64,000 nt of DNA, from assembly GCF_009914755.1 (NCBI RefSeq), contig NC_060942.1. One strand, 5' to 3'. The position numbers and the translations under genes were made by a program. The first letter of the stretch is position 1. Each line of letters starts with the position of its first letter. This stretch comes from the human T2T-CHM13v2.0 reference genome, Homo sapiens. This document shows positions 30,185 through 42,519 of this stretch, piece by piece. The notes beneath the pieces were generated by a model, which saw only the letters and a list, made by a program, of their open reading frames with translations, ran no database searches and was not told the origin of the DNA.

Positions 30185-31570
30185 TTTTTGAAATGTATGT
30201 ATGTACAACATACATAACTTAAAATTTACTATCTTAACCATTTTAACTGTAAATTTCAGTGACATTCACATTGTACGACCATCATCACCATTCATCCACA
30301 GAACTCTTTTCATCTTGCAAAACTGAAACTCTGTACCAGTTAAACAATAACTCCTACCCCCTCCTCCAAGCCCCTGGCCACCACCATTCTACTTTCTGTC
30401 TCTAGGGATTTGATTACTCTAGATACTTCATATACGTGGAATCATTGCTGTGTTTGCCCTTTTGTGAATGGCTTATTTCACTTAGCATGATGGCCTCAAA
30501 GTTCGTCCGCGTTGTATGCAGCTAGAAGCCATTATCCTCAGTGAACTAACTCAGAAAAATAAATACCATGTGTTCTCATTTATAAGTAGGAGCTAAATAT
30601 TGGGTACACATGGACATAAAGATAGGAACAATAAGCACTGGGGAGTACAAGAAGAGGGAGGGAGAAAGTGGGGCAAGAGTTGAAAGCCTATCTATTTGGT
30701 ATTGTGCCCCCTACCTGAGTGACAGACTCATTTGTACTGCAAACCTTGGCATCACGCAATATACCTTTGTAAAAAACCTTCTTATGGACCCCCTGATTCT
30801 AAAATAAAAGTTTTTAAAAATTGATTACATTAAATTAAATTTAAATTAAAAGGACATACCATTTGACCAACATCAACAAAAAAATTTCATCCATGATGTA
30901 GCAAGTGTCAGAATTTCTTTCCTTTTTAAAGACTGAACAGTAGTCCGTTGCATGAATTTGCCACATTCTGTTTATCCTTTCATTTATTAATGATGACTTC
31001 AGTTGCTTTCATGTTTTGGCTATTGTTAATAATGCCACTATGAACATGGGTATACCAAAATCTCTTCAAGTTCCTATTTTCTATCCTTTTGGATACAATC
31101 CAGAAATGGAATTGCTGGATAACACTATTTGTTGAAAGACTGTCTTTCCCCCCCACTGAATGGTCTTAACAACCTTGTTGAAAAATCATTTACTGTATAT
31201 GTGAGGGTTTGTTTTTGGGCCCTCCATTTTATTCCATTGGTTTATATGTCTGTCTTTATGGCAGTACCAAACTAATTTGATTACTGTAGCTTTGTAGTAA
31301 GTTTTGAAATCAGGAAGTGTGAGACCTCCAATTTTGTTCTTCTTTTTCAAGATTGTTTTGGCTACTTGGGGTCCTTTGAGATTCCATTATGACCTTTAGG
31401 ATGGATTTTTCTATTTCTTCAAAATTATCAATGGGATTTTAATAGAGACTGCATTGAATCTGTAGTTCACCTTGAATCTGTAGTTCATCACTATCTTAAT
31501 AATAAATCTTCCAATTTGTGAACACTGGATGTCTTTCCTTTTATTGTCTTCTTTAACTTCTCTAACGATT
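30185..31570 (-). mobile_element. L1MB-type fragment(s)
   Basis: Antisense L1MB 3' UTR (CAAAACTGAAACTCTGTACC...CCACCATTCTACTTTCTGTCTCTA) plus an internal ORF2 piece at 31120-31570. Confidence 0.85.
30517..30881 (+). mobile_element. L1PA16/L1PB-type 3' end inserted in the L1MB
   Basis: GCCATTATCCTCAGTGAACTAAC...CATCACGCAATATACC...CTAAAATAAAAG, with a diverged 19-bp TSD at 30498-30516 / 30882-30900. Confidence 0.85.
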
Positions 31571-32717
31571 TTTCTTTATTTTTCCAGCTCAGTGGCCTAT
31601 AATGCCCTTTCCTAGACTTTGCCTTTTTCCTCTGTAGTGGTTTGAGGCCCTATTGACTTAATTTGACTGTGTTTGATATGCAAAAATAGGCAATTTGAAC
31701 TCTTTGATACGTAATGTAAGGAGTGATGATACGTTATGGCAGAGGTCCTGGGTGTTCTGAATAGTTGGTGACATCGTTAATTTAGCTGTCTAAATTGGTG
31801 AAATAATCATTATATAATGATGAATGAAAAAATATACTACATAAGACCCCTGAAAAAGCAAATATCAGAGTTCTCCCACCCTATGTCTTTTGCCAATGGC
31901 TATAACTGTCCACTGTGAAATGTGAGTGGTCATGGAGTTGGCAGTGGGGATCATTGGAAGAACATGAGATAAGATATCATGGACATAGGTAGGGTAATGT
32001 AAAAATTTTTATAAGTTTCCTTACTTGAGCTTAAGTTTGGGTATAACCTGTTTCAATGTTTGCTAACCTTCAAAAAGTTTTCAATAAAATCCCCTGAGAT
32101 TCTTACGTGCCCTAATGTTCTCTCTCCTATGTCTCCTAAGAAGTTATGAGTACAGAAGTGGGCATCCAGGAACGTATTTGACAAGGGATTTGAAACTGAG
32201 GGCCAGGACGCAATAGCCCATTAATGCACGAGAACATCTGGTGCTCCGTGAGATATTCTAGTGATAACAACAGCAAAAAAGCTCTATTCTCGTGAGAACG
32301 ATCTGAATCGATCTGATTCTTGATCTCTGACATTGTAATTTGAAATTACAGAAGTATTCAGGCCCTCAGGAGCGGTAACTAAAATGGAGAAGCTGCGCTG
32401 AAAGGTGCCGTGGGCAAGTCAAAATTAAAAGTAAGTTGAGTTACACAGTAGTAGAAATTGCTACTGTACTAGCATAGTATCTCATAGCAGTAGTCAGTAC
32501 TAGTCAGGATGAAGAGCAGGAATCAGAGCTGTTAGGCAGAAGACACTATCGCTAAAGGAGCCACTCAAAAGCTAATCCAGTCGTGCCACTCACCAACTTA
32601 AAGTTAAACCTCCTTTGGGGTCCATCATGATCTGCCCCCATCTTTTACCTCCATCTCACAACTCCCACCGCTCACTCCTGTTGTCTTTCAGCCCCAGTGA
32701 TCCCCCATGCTGAACTA

Positions 32718-33259
32718 TAGTGGTCCCCTGCAATCCACTTTTGCTTTACAGGCTTCAGTTTCCCACGATCAACCACAGTCTGAAAATATTAAGTGGAAAA
32801 TTCCAGAAATAAACAATTCCTAAGTTTTAAATTGCACATCGTCCTGAGTAGCATAATGAATTCTCATGCCATCCCACTGCATCCCACCTGGGACGGGAAT
32901 TATCCCTGTGTCGGTGTCTCCATGCTGCCTCAGGTCCCCACCCATTTATTACTCAGCAGCCAACTCAGTGATCAGATCAACCGTTGCAGTATTGCAGTGC
33001 GCATGCTCATGTAAACCTCATTTGACTTAATAATGGCCCCAAAGCACAAGAGTAGCAATGCTGGCATATTGTTATAATTGTTCTATTTCATTACTGTTGT
33101 TTTTAATCTCTCACTGTGCCTAATTTATAAATTAAACTTTATCATAAATATGTATGTATAGGAAAAAAGCATAGTATATATAGAGTTCGATATTATCCAT
33201 GGTTTCAGGCATCCACTGGGGGTCTTGGAATGTATCCCTGTGGGTAAGGGGGGACTATG
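32718..33259 (+). mobile_element. MER44B (TcMar-Tigger MITE)
   Basis: TAGTGGTCCCC...GGGGGACTATG termini, TA TSDs and MER44B internal sequence. Inserted in an L2. Confidence 0.85.
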
Positions 33260-33545
33260 TACTTGTGGTTTCTGAAACAGATCACGTGCTCTCTCAGCTC
33301 TTGGCCAGAGGACATGCTGTGTCCTGTCTACCCAACACCCATCTCTGTCTGCCTGCCTCATCTAGTTCATCACTCCTACTTATCTCTCAGGGTTTAAGAC
33401 TATGTCTAGACTAGGAACCTTTCCTTTGGGCTTCATTTGTGCTTTGTCAGTTTCTTTATTTGCCACTCCTGCAGTGAACTGCAAGCTCCTTGAGGAGCAG
33501 TTGTCCTTTATGCCCAGGCTTAGCCAGGCACCTGGCACATAGCAG

Positions 33546-33849
33546 TCAGGCAGGAAAATAGGGTCTGGAGGCAGGGAACATATGGCCGACTCACACTTCA
33601 GCTATGACAGGAAATATCCTCTCCATAAGGCATGCACCAAGTAACTATTGAAAACCTCTAGAGGGCATTTAAACCCCCAAAAATTCTGTTTACGGGGCCC
33701 TTGAGCCCCTATGCTCGGGCCCGCTCCCACACTGTGGAGTGTACTTTCATTTTCAATAAATTTCTTCATTCCTTCCTTGCCTTGTTTGTGCGTTTTATCC
33801 AATTATTTGTTCAAGACGCCAGGAACCTGGACACCCTCCACCGGTAACA
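33546..33849 (+). mobile_element. MER51B-like ERV1 solo LTR
   Basis: AGGCAGGAAAATAGGGTCTGGAGGCAGGGAAC...CCACCGGTAACA with TSD GCAG/GTAG. Splits an L2 3' end. Confidence 0.85.
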
Positions 33850-34935
33850 GTAGGAGCTCAGTATTTGTTTTACTAAAAGTCATACCCTCAGGTTAAATTT
33901 TATAAGAAAATCCAATTATATGCAGCATACAAAAAAATGGAAATATAGTGGTAAAATTGTGAAATGAAGTACAATTCAAGAAGAAATAATGAAACAAGTC
34001 AGAGAATCACTTTGACGAAATGATGCAACTCATAAGAAGGCAATGTCTCCACTAGGTGATACTTCCTCCAGGAGCTCTCCTCTCTCCATCCAACCTGGTT
34101 TAGGTTTCTGCCTAACCCCCTCACCTTTCTTGCAACCCTCTCAACTGACATCATTTGTCTTGGTGGGGTTCCCCACAACTCTGTAGTTCTTCTAGAGGAG
34201 TGACTGTGTCTTTTTACCTTTTTATCTCCAGCATTTGATAAATGGTGAATGGATGAATGAGACAGAGGCATGAATCTTTTGCAAAAAATAACATGACATC
34301 AAAATATATAGCAAAAAAACTATAACAAGTGAAAGTAGAAATGACAGTTATACAATCATGAGATATTTTAACACACTACTATCCATCTTTGAAAAATCAA
34401 TTGAATAAAAAATAAATAAGGGCAAGGAAGAATTGAACTATATAACAAAGTTACATTAATAAATACTGAACTTTGTAACCCAGATATAGAAAATGCTTCC
34501 ATAAATCAGATGTTTACAAAAATAGACCATGACCAGCCCACAGAGAAAACTTCAATTTACTGCACAAAGCACAAATTATGTAGAACAAGTTCCTGAAGGA
34601 AATACAAAAACAAAAAAGAAAGAAAAAGGAAAGAGAGATATAGCAGAAGCCACTTAGCAATTTAGAAAGCTTTACCAATGGTCCTATAAAGGTTGACATT
34701 ATTTGAAGCAATAATACCCTTTCCAGAGATCCAGCTCAAGGAAATGATCTCAATTCCATCCTCAGATTTCTATGTACAAATATTATTTTATAACATTTTT
34801 ATAATAGAAAAGAATAAGAATTCCTTAAATGTCTAACATTAGAAAAATAGTAAATTATAGTGTGTATATCTAATGCAATATTATGAAGCCATTAAAATTA
34901 TGTTTATAAAGATTTTAGCAGCATGAAAATATTTC

Positions 34936-35812
34936 TGTTTCAGTCAGGTTGCTATATAACAAATCACTCCAAAACCTAATGCCTTGAAACTATAACAGTT
35001 TATTATTTCTCCCAGTCCTATGGGTTGACTGTGTGACTCTCCTGTTTTGCATGATTTTGGCTACAATTTTGGGATGTCTGGAAGGTCCAAAATGGCCACC
35101 CTCATGTGCCTGGACCTGGGTTATCTTCCATGAGCCTTTCCATGTGGCTTCTTACACTCCCTGGAAGAATGGGGACTAGAACACAAGAAGAACTGTTCTA
35201 AGCAGCAAAGGCAGAAGCCATTGATCTCTTAAGGCCTAGTCTCAGAAATTACACAGCATCACTTCGGCTGCTGTGTTTTATTCATCAAATTAAATCCCAG
35301 GGCCAACCTTGTTTCAAGGGAGGGGAAAAGAGATTGCTTCTCAATGGAAGTGTTAAAGCAAACTAAATATGGCCTGAGAAGGACTTGGTACTTCTATATT
35401 TGAGTCCTTGTGGATGAACTGCAACCTAACTTAATAGGTAGACAAGATTGAAAACCTAATTTAGGAGTATGCCCTGTAACAATCCCTTAGTCAGCGCCAA
35501 TCCTAGCAACCATACTTCAACCAGTCATACACTGCTGAGTGTTCAAACTCTGTTCAAATAAGGCAGACGCCAAGCTGTAACCAATCCAGCTGTTTCTGTA
35601 CCTCACTTCTGATTTGTGTGCGTCACTTTACCTTTTTTGTCTATAAATTTGTTCTGACCATGAGACACCCCTGGAGTCTTTCTGAATCTGCTGCGATTCT
35701 GGGGGCTGCCTGATTTCGCAAATCATTCACTGCTCAATTAAACTCCTTTAAATTTAATTTGGCTGAAGATTTTCTTTTAATAAAAGGATTGGCAAAGGAT
35801 CTTTAATCCGTC
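34936..35812 (-). mobile_element. MLT1H-like MaLR LTR (split by MER57)
   Basis: TAACAAATCACTCCAAAAC...TCCAAAATGGC...CAAGGGAGGGGAAAAGAG are antisense MLT1 motifs. Confidence 0.65.
35351..35782 (+). mobile_element. MER57A-like ERV1 solo LTR
   Basis: TGTTAAAGCAAACTAAATATGGCCTGAGAAGGAC...TTTTCTTTTAATA with TSD GAAG/AAAG. Confidence 0.85.
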
Positions 35813-35825
35813 ATAATAATATAAC

Positions 35826-35858
35826 ATTAAGTGAAAAAATCCTATTTTTTCACTTAAT
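35826..35858. repeat. Perfect 15-bp inverted repeat with 3-nt loop
   Basis: ATTAAGTGAAAAAAT-CCT-ATTTTTTCACTTAAT. Confidence 0.95.
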
Positions 35859-37783
35859 TTTAAATATATACATATGTAAATATAAACTCAAGTCTAATTT
35901 GTAACATTACATGTATTTTTATATTTCCTATGAATAAAAATGTATATTATACATAGATTTATATTTTCCGTATGAACTTTAAAAGACCAAAGGGCAAAAT
36001 GCTAACAAGGATTATCTCCAGATAGTGAAAGAGGCCTAATTATAATTTTATTCTTTAAAGGTTTCTGTTTGTTCCAAAGTTATGGAAATGTATTACTTTT
36101 AAATTGGAGCATAAATGTTATTTTAAATATATTTTATTCCCATATAGAAACATTTAAAGCAATTTCCTACAAAAGGCTAGAAGCGCTAAAGGAAATTGAA
36201 TCAGAAGTGGATGAAAACCAACATCAGATTGAAAAGCAAACAAAATACAAAAAAGATAGTTCCAGATAGCACCTGTATAATTCTCTTCTTGACTGTACAG
36301 AATATTAAGCATTTGAATCATCAAACATTTCATAGCAGATTTATGATGGTATTGAACAAATGTATAAATGATTTTCCCCTTTCATTATACTTATAGTACA
36401 TATTGAATATTTTTCTGCCTCCAAAAAGGAAAAAAAAAGAAACAAACATTCCTGTTTTTTGTGTATGGATCTAAGCTAAGATAAAGGGATGCAGCAGAAA
36501 CCTTGAGGCAGGGAATAATAAAAATTGACATTTTTTTCATGTATTATACTAAACCCTAGAATAAAATAGAGGTGCTTTAAAAATAGTTTTACTGTTGTTT
36601 CTCTTGACCCTATGATTTTATAAAGTTAAAATAATGAGTGTTTTTTTTAAACAAAGGCAACACGCAATTTTAATGCAGCATCATAAATTATTGCATGGTT
36701 TTGATGGCAACTTTAGGTAACATAGAAACACTAAGGAAGAAAGAAACATGCATTCCTCTTATACGGATAGAAGTTATTTTCAAGGACACAGATCTGCTGT
36801 CTTAATAGTTTGCCTAGCCTTTCCAGAACTGTCAGGAGAGCCCAGTTTTTATCTTTGCATCCTCACTTCTTGGCTTACATCAAAAATTATATACTCCAGG
36901 AAAGAATTTTCTCTCCCTCCCAGAAATTGTCAAAGATTCCATAAGCCAACACAATTTCAGAAGAAAGAGAAATATTAGAAAAGCATTAGCCAAAAAAAGT
37001 GTGTACATGTACTCTGTTTATAGATGTGCATCTGCTGAACTTCAAAACAGCACCCCTCAATAGACATCTGCTGATGTATGTATACCAGATGAAGCCTCTA
37101 TTTTCTCACAACCTGAGATTTCTAACTGCAGACAGAGTGACTCTCAGCTCCATTCCACGGATGAATTCTTAGCAGTGTTTCTCAAAACACATGCATGTTG
37201 CTGTAGTGATCTCTTTGGCACTAACAGGTAATGATATGTGCCATGCAGAAGATGTTTGTGACATATGAGATTATTCCTAAGTCATGAAACATAAAGCTTT
37301 TCCTTTGAATCATTCTTTAACAAATAAGGCCAATTAGGTAGCAAGTGTTCCTTTGGGTCCAGGTGATTACATATAACATTTTAAAACACTTTTCTATAAA
37401 AGTGAAAACAATCCTATCAAAGCTATGGTAATATCTATTCTAGACTCAGTTATGCTGTTTTAAACTCCATTACAAATTTCTATAGACTAAGAATTTCAGC
37501 ATCTTTAAACAACAATGAGACCTCAAGAGATGATTTCAAAAATGCCTTCCCCATCGTTTCATCACTTGCTTATACACGGGTCTTTTACCTTCATTAAGAT
37601 TCAGAGGTTTTATTAAATAATTATTTTCATTGTCCATGGACTCTGAGTGCATCGTACTGAGAAATAAACAGCTTAACATAGTTTTTGTTGTTTTTGTTTA
37701 TCTCAGGGATTTATTTTAGGTCTTTGAGATGTTTTCCGTTTTCATGACCTAATGGCTGATTAATCTCATTTGAGTTCAAATAT

Positions 37784-37864
37784 TTATTCAGTTGCTACCT
37801 CTTCGCAGGAAAACCTTCGTTTGTGTTGGATGGCTCGTTTTTTAATGATTGGGTCCTGCCTTGC
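37784..37864 (-). CDS. Candidate coding exon of an unidentified minus-strand gene (ARQDPIIKKRAIQHKRRFSCEE, or ...EEVATE* if terminal)
   Basis: Acceptor TTTTCGTTTCTATTTTTAG|G at 37864, then 66 nt to a weak donor AG|GTAGCA at 37799, or to TAA at 37786-37784 with AATAAA at 37788-37783 and 37715-37710. CpGs are retained. Confidence 0.45.
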   Translation of the reverse strand, partial: ARQDPIIKKRAIQHKRRFSCEEVATE

Positions 37865-39160
37865 CTAAAAATAGAAACGAAAATTCAAACTTTATGACAT
37901 ATTTAAAGAAATCCATTAATAAATATTCCTTTAGGTTCTGTATGGCACAAAGATTTTGTTCACAGTCTTATTCTAGATAGCTCATCTGGCGCACATTTTT
38001 TCATATACTTTATATTTTTTAAAAAGTAATAGAATAAAGTGGAATCAAGGCCTCTGAAGCAACAGGGTAAGGACAAACCCAGAAGCAATGGCCTGGTAAT
38101 ATGACAGGGAACATGGGTCGGTTAGGGATAAGCCTGATCATCAAACAGAAGCCTCTGAAAGTTTAACTTCATGCCAAGTGTTAAGTCTTTCTCTATCTCT
38201 CTCTCCTTCCTCCCTCCCTTTTTCTTTTTGTTTCTCAAAAATGCACAACTAATCGTCCTTGCTTGCCCAAAGTTAAAATTTAGTTAACGAAAACATCCAC
38301 TAATAAGAACACCATATTTCCAAATCCAAGGAATAACATAGTTCCTGGGTTCGACATTTGAATTGGGAGTTTTATTTTTATGTAAGTTTTTTTATAGCTA
38401 GAGTTTTTGTTGTAGGAATGAGTATCATTTTCCATTATTGCAGATCCTAAATTAAGAACATGCTCAAAATTAGCTCATTTTAGTGTTACAGACAGTGATA
38501 GGAGTAAAATATATCTCCACTTTTTATTATGATCTTATTGTCTGCCACAAAATTTTATTATATTGCTTTGTGTGGGCTTTTTTAATACATATCATCTGAT
38601 TTCCACAAAAGGCACATTTCCTTATCTTTAGACAGCAAAATATAAAGTTATATTCGGAAGGCAGCATTTCTGAATATTCTTCCTTAAAGAAATGGAACCC
38701 TCTGCTTTTGTGTTTGATTAAGAACATCACATGTATTTTAAGCACATGTAAATATCTCTTTTCCCTTGAAATGCTAGAGTTTTACAAGATTGGAAATGGG
38801 AAGAGGCATTTTAAAACTATCACTGTGATGATTACTGCTGATTTCTTATGTAAGCTATACCAAAGTTCAAATTTTTTGCCAAAATTACTCATAAAAAGTT
38901 ATATATTCTCACTATAGACTTGCTAAAGTGTCTCTTGCTAAAGGAACTCAAACTGGTTCATAAATATTGTTTCTCTTTTAATCTCCCAACTCCCCTTTAA
39001 GATAGATGCTATAATTACACTAGAAAGAATTTTATTCTGCTGTCCAAAAAATTATGTTTATTATTTCTATTTCAGTGCTTGAAGAGGGTTCTATTGAAGA
39101 GGGTTCATTGTATTCAATCCCACTATGACCCAAGATGAGAGAGTTCTTCTCATTACTTTC

Positions 39161-40108
<948 letters not shown>

Positions 40109-41764
40109 CCCTGAAATAAAGAAGTTTAGCAAAGTTTATGTGAATCATTTTTGTTTTGGTTTGTATTTGTTTTAATCAATTACATTCAAATTTTAGCTCT
40201 AGTGTATTTGGAATAGAATGGTTTAACTTCATTTCTTTAGCTGAGGCATTATGAAATTATGATCAAGCTTCTGCCATATTTTTATTCCTTAATATTTTAT
40301 AATTTTAAAACCATTTTCATATGAAGTAACTTGACTTTTCAAGCAATCTTTTGTTAAGCAGGGCAGGAATTGTTATACATTTTCATAATGAGAAAATTAA
40401 AGTTTAGAGGAGGTTAAATACAGCCCAAGGTCACATTACCAGCAACTAGCAGTGTTAAGCCTTGAAGGCTAAGCTATGCCCACAGTTCTTTGTGCTGTAT
40501 TAATGATGCATTGATAATTCCATGGTTACAAGAAACACATATTAAGTGCCTAGTAAATAATTCATTGTACAATTTTTCAAAGTATGAAGTAAAAGAAATA
40601 AAATATACAACTTTTGTTCATGAGTTTACATTCTAATGCTAAGAGAAAATATTAGAAGGAAAATATAGAAATATGTCTTCTACATTGAAACATGAGGGGT
40701 GTAGAAAGAAACATTTGAGATATGCAATCAGTGTACTTTAATATGGTACAAAGTGATTAAATGGGCCCTAGAGAAGCACAAAGTTTTCTCTTGGTTTGCT
40801 AGAGAAGCAATGTCTGCATTGTTCCAATGTAGTCACTAAGTGTCAAAACTTAATGTTTCTCTTACCAGAGAAATATGCCTGGTTTCAAGGTTACCAAACT
40901 GACTACTGTAAACAATTTCTGCAGTCAATTCACAGGACCTCCACAGTGTGCCTTTTGCTGGGTAGGAAAATGCCAGCCAGCTTGGAAAACAAGAAGACAC
41001 ATTTATGTCTACCATGAGCATTGGCATCAGCCAATTATCCCACACGTTTTCGGCTAGCCAGTGCTGAAGAGAGCAAGGTCAGTACTCTTTTAGCTGAAAG
41101 ACCTAGGAGTTAACTAAGTGTGGCACTTTCTGTGTCAATTTCAAAGTATTTTATAATACTAAATAGTCACTAAATACAATTTATGGAATTTCGCACTTGG
41201 AGCATAAACTTTATGATCCTTCTCTTCCAGACTATTGTCATTTGCTTTTTGGCAAAGAATCAGATTTCTTCATTCCCTCTTTTCTAGTAATTCAATGAGC
41301 ACTTTTGCATTCTATTTACATAATGGTTTATTGACAATTCTTTTGGAGGTGTTCTGCAAGCCACTTACTTCACCTGTGGGTTTCAAGGCTTTGGTTTATC
41401 TTGCAAAACAGAGACAATATCACCCACATCACTGCTCTCCAACTATTTGTGGGAAAGAACCAGTATTTTTTAATTATTATTTCAACTCTGTCACAAACCT
41501 CTATGTAGTTGTACTGTGCATGGCTGGTTCACAATGCACACATGCAAGTCTGACAACACACTATCCAGTCTATACATGATCTATGGAACAAGGCCACTGA
41601 TCCCAAGCTTGAATGTCATAGAAATGTCAAATTGCTACAAAATTTTCTAAGTGTTTATTCCTTATTTCTGTAGCAGTGTGCATCAAATTTAGCTTTTATC
41701 TACACTTTCCACAGAGATCCATGACCCTTAGTACAAAACTGTGACCACCTGAGGAGCTCAATTG

Positions 41765-41778
41765 CTACCATCTAGTGG
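41765..41778 (-). promoter_or_regulatory. Candidate CTCF motif
   Basis: Minus strand CCACTAGATGGTAG has one mismatch to CCASYAGRKGGCRS. Confidence 0.45.
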
Positions 41779-41916
41779 AATGACTCTTCTGGAGAACTCT
41801 TTCAGTCTAACCAACTACACATTTCCTTCAAGCACTGAACCTTCTACTTCATTTCCTTGCTGTTACAGTCTGTTTCCTTCTACATATTACACATGTCCAG
41901 GAATGGACATTTCTGA

Positions 41917-42276
<360 letters not shown>

Positions 42277-42519
42277 TAGTCTCTACCCCAGGTTAAAAAC
42301 TGTATGTCAACATATTAGAAGTATCTTAAAGATAGAATGCCCATATTAATGCTAATAACTTAAGTGACCAACTTAAATCACATGTGTGGCCCAGGAGGCT
42401 CACAGCAAATATTTGACCAATTAATAACAGGAAGCATCAAAGGGAGAGAAGTGAGGTGACCACATAATTTAACATCCAAATGTAGTTTATAATTCAGAAC
42501 TCAAAAACATTCTATTATA

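Noticed and set aside
31454-31487. Small tandem duplications (also near 39079-39106 and 47079-47100)
   Set aside because: These are ordinary 10-18 bp slippage duplications.
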